A DNA stretch of 64,000 nt from Octopus sinensis (lineage: Eukaryota): contig NC_042997.1 in NCBI RefSeq assembly GCF_006345805.1, forward strand, positions 22,754,001 to 22,818,000. Direction: 5' to 3'. Position numbers and translations under genes: made by a program. Under the pieces are notes generated by a model, which did not search any database, had not been told where the DNA came from, and saw nothing but the letters and a program-made list of their open reading frames with translations. Position 1 is the stretch's first letter. The number at the start of each line of letters is the position of its first letter. Below are positions 36,701 to 50,000 of the stretch, one piece after another.

Positions 36701-39700
36701 TTTACATGGCCCCAACACACCAATCCTCTCCACCAGGGGGACCAGCTTTAACAGTTCTGCTGGGGAATGCAAGTCTTCTTGAGTACAGCAAGATGCCACA
36801 TATCTCAGTCCTTTGTCATCTCATCTGAAAGGTTCAGCATCCTGAGGTCATCCTTCAGTAAAGTAAATTACTTGGGTACTTGTCTTTTACTGTGGTTTTT
36901 TAAATCCATTTGGCCATCTGTCAATCTATTACTGTAGTGACTTGTACTTTATTCACTATATTTAATTTCAAACTTCTTTTTAATTCTGTAAATATGTTTG
37001 AAATTTGGTTAGTATTTGCACAATCATTAGCATTCTTTCTATGACTTACAGGTTTTTCAAAATCAGTTATAGCTGATTTACACATGTTAGAATGCATTTA
37101 CAACACTTGCATATTGCATTGTTATTCTTTCACATAAGCCACTTGAACTAACTTACTCAGACTTTTGTTGTGTCTATTATTGTTTTTCTATTTTCTCATT
37201 ATAAGGAGCTGTAAGTAAAATCGGATATACATTTTTAATAGGAAGAAGCCACAATTGCTACAGGCTTTAAAAAAATTAAACAAATATATAAAATAATGCA
37301 ATAGAAGGTTGTTTTGTTTTGCAAGGAAGGGCCATCAGATATTGACAGGCTCCTCCTTTGGTCTCCAAGCCCTGAACCAATAATGAACAGAACAGCCCAG
37401 CTTCTTGTTGGCAAACTTGCAAAGGATCTTTCAATGTTTGTCAATTTAATACCAATGGCATCCTGGTGATTAGTTGAAGAGCTAGTAAACCAAGTAATTT
37501 TGGTCATTACTTGGTTTATATATAGATATATATTCATTCTTTTTTTATCGATTTCATTTTAATATTTCCTTTAATCTTTTCTACCTCTACTTATGTTTTT
37601 ATAATTTTGTTACTTTCATTTATGTTATTTTCTCTATGATTCCTTGTCTTTTCTATTTGTTGTTGTTCAGACAATCTCCATGACTATATGATCCAAGTGC
37701 TCTTCATATCTTTTTAAGACAACATTGTGTCTTAAAATTGCTGGTTTCACATAAAAAGTACACTCTTTGGAATGGCTGGTGTTAGGAAAGGCATTCTGTC
37801 ATAGAAACCATGCCAGAACAGACAGTGGAGCTTGGTGCAGTCCTCAGCCTCACCACCTCTGGTCAAACCATCCAACACATGCCAGCATGAAAAACGGATG
37901 TTAAATGATAATGATGTTGGTGTGTGAATTTAAGATTTTGCTGCTATTTCTAGCAGGTCAAGTGACAGCACAAAGATTCTGTTTGTTAACTTGTCTTTCA
38001 GTGTTGAAAATATTCTAAATCACATTGCATTAAAGCTGATCTATTTATAGCTATAACACTGAGGTTTGAGAACAGTGTTATTGCTTGGACTTTCTGAGGC
38101 TGATATTGTTGGATGTGTTTTATTCTTCTAATCTGAATGCTTCTCTATTGAAATTGCTACTTAATATATCCAAACTTGAGTTTGTAAAATTAATTATAAA
38201 CGAACAGCTAATTTTCAGCATAATAGAATTAAATTTATTTGAAATGTTAAATGAGAGAGTTTAATTTAATTTTGTTCTTGTATGCTTTTAACAAGTGATT
38301 TGTTCTAAAGTATATGTTGCCAATATTAAACAGTCAGCTAACATCATAGCAAAGTGTGCTGGTGAAGCTCTCTCCAAGCTACACTCTATCACCCTTGGTA
38401 TGCCCCAAGATTCAGTTTTGCAACTCACACTCTTCTTTTATATACCAATGACCTATTTGCTATCATTCCCAATAACATAAGGTACTGTACTTCATTCCTT
38501 CCTAACCTTCTTTCTCTAAACATCATCCAAATGCAAACTAAAGAATACACACCAAAATCTGCACTAACTCCATGAGCAGAGACCTTGGAAATATTTTCCA
38601 ACAATGATTTGCTAATCTTGTCACTTCCGACAGTACAGAGACACAATCACTACATCTGTTAAGAAGACAATAATGCCCCGCCCGTGAAACATGAACAGCA
38701 CACATCCAAAATGCTCAAGGTTGCTACTAATGCTAGATTTCTCTATCTCTAAGGATCTCTCTCTCAAAGGCATATCCTCAACATAACAAAGACTGCATCA
38801 TAAAAACTAGCTTTCCTCTTCAAAGCCAGAAAAACTTCAATCCCTAACAGTTATTAACTTTCTACAAAGCTCAAGTGAAACATGCAATGAAGTACTGTTC
38901 CCATATTTGGGACAGTGATGCTGTCTTACATATGGATGACATCTTAAACCACATCAAAAATTAATGTGGTTTGAGATGAAGTTGCTCACCAATACATTCC
39001 AGCTTCTTACCCACAGTCATGTTGTCTCTTTATACTTTTTCTAACATTACTATTGTAGCCTCCCCTCCTTGCAGCTGGCTGGTTTCATGCCTCCTCCACT
39101 AAGGCACTTTCAACTCATTTTCTTCTGTTACCCATATCATGTCCGCTTCACTCACACCTTTCAGGCCCTGTGTCCACCACTACACCTCGGACTTCAACCC
39201 TCTAAAATCTACATACACACTACTGCAGTAACCTTACAACTACTGTAAAAACCCATGTAATTTGTGAACCTGTGTAATTTATGCAGGTGATTTTCAAGAT
39301 GAATTTTGTTAAAAAAAGCTTCAACTCCTGTAAAACTCACACTCAAAAGTTTTCAGAATTGCCGATATAGCCAGGGGGAAAAGGTTTTCAATTTAGTTGT
39401 ATTTAGCATAAATTCACTTACTTATGATTAGGTTTTATTCAATTTTCATTAAATAAAAATAATTTCTATTTAACAGGTATCACATTGAAAGCTATTAAAT
39501 TATAAAGTGTTTGTGTTGTTTATAATAAACTATATTTCTTGCCCACAAGTGATTATGTCCGATCTTTAGCATACTGCTGTATGTCTTCTCAAATCATGAT
39601 CACAGGAAAAGTTGTTGATAGGAATTATCAACAAAAACAAAGCTGATAAATATACACAGGTTTAGCAAATTAAGTTTAATTACCAATAAACATCAGCTTG

Positions 39701-42700
39701 GATGACACTTTAAAATCAAAATTTTAATCCCTTTCATACTTATAAAATGTCAAGCAAACTTAAAAGTTTGTCATGGCTACTATTGTCAGAACTTATATCG
39801 TTTACTGCAAAGGAGAAATTAAATATGTTGAATATGCATTTGAACATGGCAGTAGAGCTGCTGGAAGGCATGTTAATGTTAATGAAGCTAATGTTCAAAA
39901 TTGGTGTAAACAGTACGACAAACTTAAAACTGTGCCTAGTAGTAAACAGACAAAAATCAAAACATACAATCAAGATTATCCATATCATTACATTTTTTTT
40001 TCATTCAGGAATATCCATGTATGTCAATGGTGCTCCATTGCGATAGGTAGAAACTCCAAACAGTGTAAAGTATGGCCCGGACCGTATTTAGCAGCATGAA
40101 TGTCAGACTTCAAAAAGTAGCTGACCATTTAATAATTTTAGTAAATTTATACAGAAAAAGTAAGCATTACATCATCCAGCATAAATAAAAGTCAACTTCA
40201 TTATATTTAAGCCACTATTTTTTTTCTGTAAAAACCTATTCTGATATTAAATGAGTCAACTTCCAGTACGAATGTTTCCAATAGCAAAAAAATTCTGGAA
40301 ACAATCTACTCATGTAATTTACACAACCCCTAAAGTTTATTTTTATTATTGCAGAAAAAGTGCATAAATTACATGGGTTTTTATGGTATACAAGAATAAT
40401 ATTAACCATGATGAGCTCACAATTCTCAAAGATTCAATAAAGGCTATGGCACAACTCTTTCTTTTGAATAAATTTTTGAAAAAATGATGCACACAGTGTT
40501 ATATATCCTCTAGAAGCACAGTGTTGTGACAAGAGACTTTACATCAAATTAATGAACTAAATAATGGTATCTTTGTACATTGAGTTACTGATATTTAACA
40601 TAGACACAAATCAGTAAACATTGAAGAAGGAAGCAGTTATGTCATCCTCATGACCTGTTTGACTGAAATTTACTTTATTAATCTTGTAAGCTTAGTGTGA
40701 TTTGAACTCAGAACACAAAGGGTCTTAATTACATGTTACAAGGTATTTTGTCCATCATACCAGCTGGTTCTGCCATTCTGGACATTATTTAAATTACTAG
40801 CAACTATAATCTCTACCAAAATAAATATTTTCTTTATTGTTTTTGCTAGAATTTCATTTATTGATTGCATGTGGGTTCTTAATATGAAAACAGGTTTAAA
40901 ATATTAAATCCTTCTTTTCTTTTTACTGTTTATTTATTTTGTAGCTCGCTAAATGAAACACTGACACCAAACACTACAACAAGCAAGCCTTCAACCACAA
41001 AAGTTATGACACTTGAGGATCTTCCTGTGAAGGGATCTGCTGAAGAAGAACATCATAGCAGCTTAACAATTTTTTTCATCCTATTAGTAATTGGTATGTT
41101 AGATATTTTCCAAACTGATTTGAATCTAAAACATTTTTAAGTACTTATTTCTACCATTTTATATATTTTGTGTATGTGTATGTTATTAATATGCAACTAC
41201 ATGCTAATGTTAAAAATTTTCTATCTTTTATAGCTATCTGTATCCTCTTGGTGCATAGTTTAATCCAGACTGATTTCCATTATGTTCCTGAAAGTATTGT
41301 TATAGTTCTTATAGGTAAGCAAATTATTTTCCTAGTAACTTTCACACTGTATTATTTATTAGTTTCAGAATCTTTGATAGTAGATTTGTAGCGGCTGAAG
41401 TGACATGCTATATCATATTGATATGATGAAGCTGACTACCAAATGTAGCATGTAGATGTAACACTTGAAGGTTCTCACATCAGAGTAACCAGTGAAAAAC
41501 ATCAAAGAATCAACACCAAGAAGGAAGAAATATTATTTACATATATTTATCCATTTACCCCATAGGTGGTTAGAGAGACAGCAGTAATTGTAGTGACAGT
41601 GACAAGTTCACTCACTAATTGGTAGTTGATAGTAAGAAAGAAACTGCAGAAATTCAAATAGAAAACATGTAGCGAGAAAAAACAATGAATTTGAAAGAAT
41701 TGTACGTGTGCAAAAGCATGCAATGCCAGTGGCCAATGAGAAAAAAATATATTATACAAATATAGAACATTCAAAAACAAATGAAAGTGTGTATTGCTAA
41801 CAAAAGAGAATGAAATAAGTAAATATTTGTGTGCAAAGAAAGTTCAAGTCTATGTACAAGAGTTCACATGGCATGCAGGACTGTGTTTGAAAAATCTGTA
41901 GCTGTGGAAAATGTTGTATGTGTAGGCTTCCATATTTTTATCCAGTAGTTTTTGGTCGGATGGCTGTTGAAATGTTGCATTTATTGATTGTAGAGGTTTT
42001 TTTTTGTGGTTCTGTGCAACATAATGGAGTACATTCTGTGGCAGGTCGAAAGTGCATGGTGGATGTCCATTGTGTCGGTGAGTTCTTTTTCTTCGTGTTG
42101 TGTGACAGCTGAAATGGAAACTGTGTGTAGTGAAAGTTGTTATTCTTGTCTTTGATGTGAAGGCTGTAATTCTTGAGCTTGGTTCACCAGAATGTAGCAA
42201 CGAAATGGAAAATTTAGCCACAGAAAAAAAATGTCTTCATTTTCCAAATGCAATGAAATTGGTGAAGTAGAGACAATTGTGTATCAGAATGGCAGGAAGT
42301 ATACAAGGCAACGGCTGTAGTTCTAGCTTGGGGACATGCAATGCAGCGAAATTATGTGTGATGAAAAATCAATAGACGTAATTCTTTGTAGTGGAGGGGG
42401 GGCACCAATTGTAATGGGCATTTAGTGAAGGCAATAATTGTTTTCACGAGGTCGTGCGATGTAACGGATGTAGAATCATGTCAGAGTCACCAATTGTAGC
42501 AGGTGAAGTGACATGCCATATCATGTCAATATAATGTAGCTGACTACCAAATGTAGTGTGTAGATGTAACACTTGAAGGTTCTTACGTCGGAGTGACCAG
42601 TGAAGAACATCGAAGAATCAACACCAAGAAGGAAGAAATATTATTTACTTATATATATTCATTTACCCAACAGGTAGTTAGAGAGACAGCAGTAATTGTA

Positions 42701-43965
42701 GTGACAGTGACCACAAGTTCACTCGCTGGTTGATAGTTGATAGTGTGGAAGTTATTGTCTGCCAGTAGAGAGTGAAAGAGTAAGGAATGCACGGTGCTGA
42801 CAAGAAAGGAACAAAGGATAAAGGTGGCATCATCTTTCTTGATTTCCACTGAAAGCTTCTCTTTGTAGGATGAAGGGAAGTGTTACTCCTTGGTCATGAC
42901 TGACACAAAAGAGGATGTTGCTCCTTGGTCATGGCTGACACAAAAGAGGGACAGATAGGAAATGCTCTCTGTTATATAGACTATGGTCAGTAACATAGGT
43001 CAAACCCTAAAGAAAGGACTGACCTTTCCTTGACCAGCACAGGTCCTTAGGAGTCAAGTATTTTCTATCAATCATCTGGTGTAGAGATGCAAACAAAAGA
43101 TCCTCCCTCCCCCTCCCCTCTTGTTTTGACAAGCAGTAAGTTCAGTAGGTGGATTTGGTTTCACATCTCAGGCAGGACCAAGCGAGGCCCCTACAGATTT
43201 GTGCATCTTACCTACATTAAATATGTTAAATATATTTATGTATTAAATGTGCTAACTTATTCTGAAACTATAATAAACTCATAATCGTCACCTCATTTTA
43301 TGTCTGCTTTCCATACTGGCATGGATTGGATGTTGCAGTCTGAATCCATTCTTATTTGAAGTTGCTGCCACCTGAGATGAGTCAGAGGTTCATATCTCAC
43401 TCATACATTTTATTTTGTTGGCATGGTTTTGTTGGTAGCTTTTCTCTGAACAGTATCAAGGGTGTGTGTGCATGTGTGTAAGTAGCATTCATCATCATCA
43501 TTGTTCAACTGTGGTCGAGACAATGTAAGTAGCAGTACCATCATCAAAAGATTATATGATCGGCTTCTACCCAGCTTCCATCTACCAAATTCTACAAAAC
43601 ATATGTCTATCCAAGGCACAGCAAGAAAACACTTCCTAAAGTACTGTACAATGGGTTTGAACCTGGAAACCACGTGGTTATGAAGTGAACTTTTTAACCC
43701 CACAATAGAACATTCTCCTCAAGTCATCTCCCTAGAGATAACTGTCTGTAGTCATTTTTTAAAGTAAACCCTGACTTAATTTCAGCAATTCTAAGGGATT
43801 GCTCAGATTTTGATTTACAGATATGAAGTGTTCAAATTTTGGTTCTTTGTAGATGCTCCAAACCAGCAAAGTCACCAGGCCTGAAAATATCCCTTCCATT
43901 ACCCTCAAACATTATACTCCAGAGCTAACTCCTGTACTTGCCAAAATCTTCAATGTCACTCTCTC

Positions 43966-44025
<60 letters not shown>

Positions 44026-47000
44026 CCCTCCACACCAGATCTACTCTTTAGAAACATGTTACAGTATATCTCATTCCTAACAAAGGCAACCCCTCTAAAC
44101 CCAATACTGTCAGTATGTCTAAGAAAATGGAAACAGCCATTATCAAAAACATTCTCCAAAATCTTTTCTCTTTTCTCTGGGGATGTGCCAATTTTGTCTC
44201 TTTTGACAGTAAGAAAGCACAAGTGCTATCCATATCATCATGCTACACTCCACTGAAACATGCACAACATGCTATTAGAGCCCTCTTAATTGCTTTAAAT
44301 GCTGAGCTTTGTTTTTGTCAACAATATCATCAGGTGAAAAAAAACCATCCTTAACATAGCTAGGATTGCATCCCAGTGAATGTCCCTTCTCATCAGAACA
44401 AGAAGATACTTCAGCTCGTTTAACATCTGTTTTCTATGCTGGCATGGGTTGGACGGTTCAGCTGGGGTCTGGGAAGCCAGGATATTGCACCAGGCTCCAG
44501 TCTGATCTGGCAGTGTTTCTACAGCTGGATGCCCTTCCTAATGCCATCCCCTCTGTGAGTGTGGTGGATGCTTTTTACATGCCAATCTTTTTTGGATTGG
44601 TCTGCTTCTTGGTATCCTTCTGGCCTCGAGCCTAAAGTCACTAATGACTCACAATTGAATATTGCTTCCACAGCTGCTGGACACATAAACATCCTCAACT
44701 GCATTCAAGAAAGGACCACCTGATTACCTGACATAAATTCACTCACAGATAAACCCCAGCCTCTGGTTTTCATGTATAATGTATCCTCTTGCTATTTTTT
44801 CTAACGCTACTATAATGACTTCTGTTCCATAGTGGTAGCTGGGTTCATCTGCTTCTACTCAGGCATTCCTGATCCTCTCATATTTCTTATCTTTATTGTG
44901 TCCAACCAAGCTCTGGCATAACCACTACACTAAGTCCTTCCTTCTTTAGAACATTGGTCCTCTGGAACTCCCTCCCTGCTCATGTTGCTTGCAGTGTTGA
45001 AGGACATTAGCATTTCCAATCTCACCATTCTTAGAAGGTCTGTGAAGCTCTTGGTCACTGTCTTTTCCTGCAACCCCAGCAAGTAAAAACAAAAACGATT
45101 GTCTGTATGTTGTTGCAGTTAGTGCAAATCCTATTGTAGGGTGTTTTGGAGATCTCCGTTCAAGGAGGTGAGAGGCATAAAGGTTGCATGTGGACAAAGT
45201 TTATATAAAGAAATGTAATAAGGAATGTGTACACCAAATTATTCAGTGAGCAATTATATTGTTGTCAAAATATCCCATTTCAAAATACACAGGAAACTTA
45301 CCAAAAGACATTTCAAAAAACTAAGTTTTCAAATAATGTTTATCTTGAAGTTATTATTTATTATAAAAAATTTCTTTCAGATTTTTATCTACTTTTCTAT
45401 TTTATTTTTTATTTTAAGGAGCTTTAATTGGATTAACTTTAAAAATATTCAAATTTGGCAACTGGAGGGTATGTATCTTTTTAGAATTTTGATTCATTCA
45501 TAATTTAACATAAGTAAAAATTAATTCCTACAACTATTATCTAATTAAATTTTTATCAATATTCTTTATTTTTGATGTGTGGACATCAACATTGATGAAT
45601 CATTTTTGTCTACACATGTATACTTATGCTATAATTTAATTTACTCTAGATTTATATTGATTTCTAATAGTGGAAGATATGTGTTCAAAGAATGTCAATT
45701 AATGATTTAACTCATTGGTACATAAACAAAGTTTTAGAGGAATATAGTTGATTGCATTAACCAAGTACATATTTGGTACTGAATTTTTTTTCACTCTGGA
45801 GGAATGAAAGGAGAAATTAACTTTGGTTGTATTTTAATTTACTATAGAGAAATATTGCAAACCAATATGACCCAGCCTTCTGCATGTTATCATTTAATAA
45901 TAAAATTATAAATATAAAAATAAGTGAATTCAGATTTTAGTGTTACTAATTGATATTTCATTTTTGATATAATTTGTTATATAAAATAAATATTAAAATT
46001 TTTTTTTTAAAGTATTCTTTTTGTAATATTAATGTATAATTTTTTTTATTCCATAGAATGAAGAAGCTTTTAGTCCTACAATATTTTTTATTGTACTCCT
46101 TCCACCAATTATATTTGAATCCGGATACAATTTACATAAGGTAAAGATACATATTTCAAATATTATTTTGATTAGAAATCTCTTTCTCATGTTGAACATT
46201 ATTATTAATTGAGGAAAATTATCATTAGAGTGATGAATTGATAGCTAGCCTTCAATTTCTATTAGAGTGTAAATTCTGCAAAGCAGATTTTACTATAAAA
46301 TGTTCATCTGTTAAGTATTGAAAACTATTATATAAAAAAATAAGCATATTCCTTTAATATTTACATCTTTTCATCTATTTTACATATTTTTATTAATAAA
46401 GTATTTGTGTCTGATATGTAGCATATCAGATAATCAATGTACATGGCTTTCTGATCAAGTTCTGTGTTTAACTTATAGTAATTCTTGTGAGCCACTAGTC
46501 TATCAGATATTTTTGCTATTTTCATTCATAAGGCTTGTATAATCAATCAGGAGAATTTTGATATCAGAACATGGTATAAGATGGTGTTGATAGCCCAAAT
46601 TATCTTTTGTACTATGATTGCTTACTGATTATTATTGTTATTTTTGGGGGATTTTTATTCTGTTTTAATGAATAAATATCCATGCACAATGCACCCTCTT
46701 TTAGAAACCTAAGCTAAATTTAAAGTACTTAATTACAATTTTTAAGAAGTATTTGTTGTGAAACTTTAAACAGATGTAAATAGTCTTTGTTCACTATTCA
46801 CCATAAGACAAGTATTCATCTAGATATATTTACATCAATTTAAAAGTTTCACTGTAAAACTTAAGCAGGTGTTAATACACTTTGATGAATACTTGTCTTC
46901 TGGTGAATGGTCAACAAATAATGAAACTTAAGGCAATCTTTATATTTCTATATGTGAAGAGAACTATATTTTTACATTTGTTTAAAGCTTTGCAGTAAAG

Positions 47001-50000
47001 GTTATATAAACTTACTATTTTTGCATTTTCATATTTCAGGGGAATTTTTTCCAGAATATTGGCTCTATTATGGTATTTGCTATTTTTGGAACTGTTATTT
47101 CTGCAATGTTTGTTGGTGGTGGAGTATACCTTCTTGGACAAGTAAATATGATTTCCTAATAGTATCCATTTATTAAAGAAAAAGCAACTCATGCATTATC
47201 TTCTGTCTTCTTGCCAATCTGAGACGTCATGTCCAAGTTGGAAATTGTGAACTGAGAAAAAAAAAACTTTGAATGGTGGTTTTGTGTTAAAATATTTTGA
47301 TAAAAACTCTAGAGTTAGATTTCTAAAATCAAGCAAGTACCTTCGAAATACTGTTCTAGGCTCCCTAGTTTATATTCTGTTACATGAGGTCACAATTCAG
47401 AACTCTGAATTTAAACAGTTTAAAATCTATTGAAAAATATTCAATGGTTTGATTAGTTTATATGATGGCTTTAATGCGAAAATACAATATCTGCCAGGAT
47501 AATTCATCTCTTTTATACTCTGTGTGTGTGTGTATATTGGGTCATCTCAAAAATAATATAGTTTTTTTTATACTTCTTTCATTTTTCAAAATTAAGAAAA
47601 CAAAGTTCTTTTTTATCTAGACTATACTCTCCTTCATTTCCAACAATGCCTTCCATCTAGCTGGTAGACTTGCAAGGCCCTATGCATCCTCCAAGGTGAT
47701 GTCAAGCTTCTAAAGATTTTCTTTAATCTAGTCCAGCCATCTGATACAGGTCCTGCCACGAGGCCTCTTCCAGTCCACAACTGTTGTATGAAATGTGAGT
47801 AAGACCCTGGTAGAATGATCTAGCAGGAGACCAAGGACATGCCCAAACCAGCGCATGTAACAGATAGCTATAAGGTGGGAGGCTGTGAGCTGATGCATGC
47901 GCATACACAGTTCTTTGTTAGAAACATGATAGTACCATCTGATGTTCTTAATGACATACATACATACATACACATAGGAAAAATAATTGCACCTATAGAA
48001 CTATTTAGTCATTCTAATTTTGTCATGACTAATTTGAAAGTTATAATATATTTGTCTTTCATTTCTCCTAGATCAGGCCTGGCCAACTCAAATTACTTTG
48101 CAGGCCACTTTGATCACAAAAAGTTTTTTGAGGGCCGCTTGTATACTGAAAGAATTAAAAGCATTTTGCTTTCTCTCGCTATTATTACAATAATGAATGA
48201 ATGTTGATTCAACATAAAATATTATCGTTGCAAAAACTAGTATCTTTCATTTTTACTTTCCATTACAATCTTTAATTTTTGATAGAATTTTTTAAATGAT
48301 TGTTTAAATAAGCCCGTTTTAAGAAAGTATCAAGTGGGCTGCAAGATAAAAGTCTGTGGGCCACATGCAGCCCACAGGCCTCAGGTTGGTCAGCTTTGTC
48401 CTAGATTATTATCTTTTGTTAACTTCTTTTTATTTTCATCTCATTGTATTGTGTTTCTGCTTTAGAATATATAAAATTAGAATAGAAGTATTATGGTAAT
48501 ATGTTTTTCCTGATGCCAACTGTATATCTTATACAAACTTTAATTCGTATATATCTTATACAAACTTTAATTCATGATTTCTCCTAACTTCTGTGTACTT
48601 TGAAAATTTTAAATGCTCATGAAAAAACTTTTTAAAATATTTAATTGTACAGTTCTGAGTGAGAATTATTTTAAAATTCAAGTTTTATTTCATTTTCAGG
48701 CTGAAATAGCATATAAATTGGATATTGTAGAAAGCCTTGCATTTGGATCCTTAATTTCAGCTGTAGATCCAGTTGCAACACTTGCTATTTTTCATGCTTT
48801 AGATGTTGACCCAGTCCTGTATATGCTTGTGTTTGGTGAAAGTGTTCTTAATGATGCTGTGTCTATTGTGTTGACCACGTAAGTAATCTTTATTAATATG
48901 TATTGCTATAAAAATTGAAATAAACTATAATGATTTACTAATTTTTGTTATTCAGTACTTGTGTCAGTTGTATTTAATCTCATATAAAGCCAACAGCTGG
49001 TCAGCATTTTCTAGCTGTAAAAATAAGACCAATCTTTATGGAGCAGTCTTATCTTTGTGAATAATGTGTATTTCTGAAAAGTTATTTCAAAGCCTAGGAT
49101 TTATGACAAGTTTAAAGGGGTTTTTTCTGTGTTGTTTATGGATGGTAGATGCAGTGTTGATTGTTTGCTCTTTTGAGATATATTCTTCCTGTAAATTGGT
49201 GTTTATGCTTGAGTATAGAATTGAGATTACTAACATATGAAATATGTGTTCATCAAAGAAAGTTGTAATGGATTTTTGTCTGTGAAACAAAAAAGTAAAG
49301 GTGACTATTTGTTAATACAGAGAAGAATGAATGCAGGTAGGATAACTGAACCCAAAGGTACCTTAAGTTTAACATAATCAGATTCATCAGCATGCTGAAA
49401 TAGTGCAATTTAGAATTATACCTGTGTCTGTGATGTTGCCATCGCCATCTTCATCATCATTTGTTTAACCTCTGGTCAGTCCTGAATGAGTAAACTTCAA
49501 AGTATGTTCAAACTTTGACTATCACTTCTATTTATTGGGTATTACAGATCTTGAACTACATTATCTAACTCTTCATTTTCAAGATACTTAGGTGTAATTT
49601 GGTGAAGATTTGGCTGTTATTTGAAGCTGGCCAAGCACCCTAAAAGAGGCTCCCTTGTTAACTTTTTTTTTAGTAAAAGGTTAAAATAGTGGGTTGATAG
49701 ACTTTCAGACCAGTTATGGATGAAGCTTTTACTAATGTTACATCAGTTTCAACTGTTCCTTTCTAGAAGTAATAAAAATAAGAATGATTGGATATGCATT
49801 TGTGTATTTTTATATCTCAAGTTAAATGCCAACAGAAAAAGATTTGTTATGGTATGGGGTTAACTTTTATCATAAACATCATTTGGAAGTGTGGTACCCT
49901 GTTTCTATCTTTTGCTTACAAGCCAACAAAGAGTGAATCTCTGCTAGGTTGCTTTTCTAGCAAGACATGTGTAGTTGTGTTTGAAGAATTAAAATGGAAG

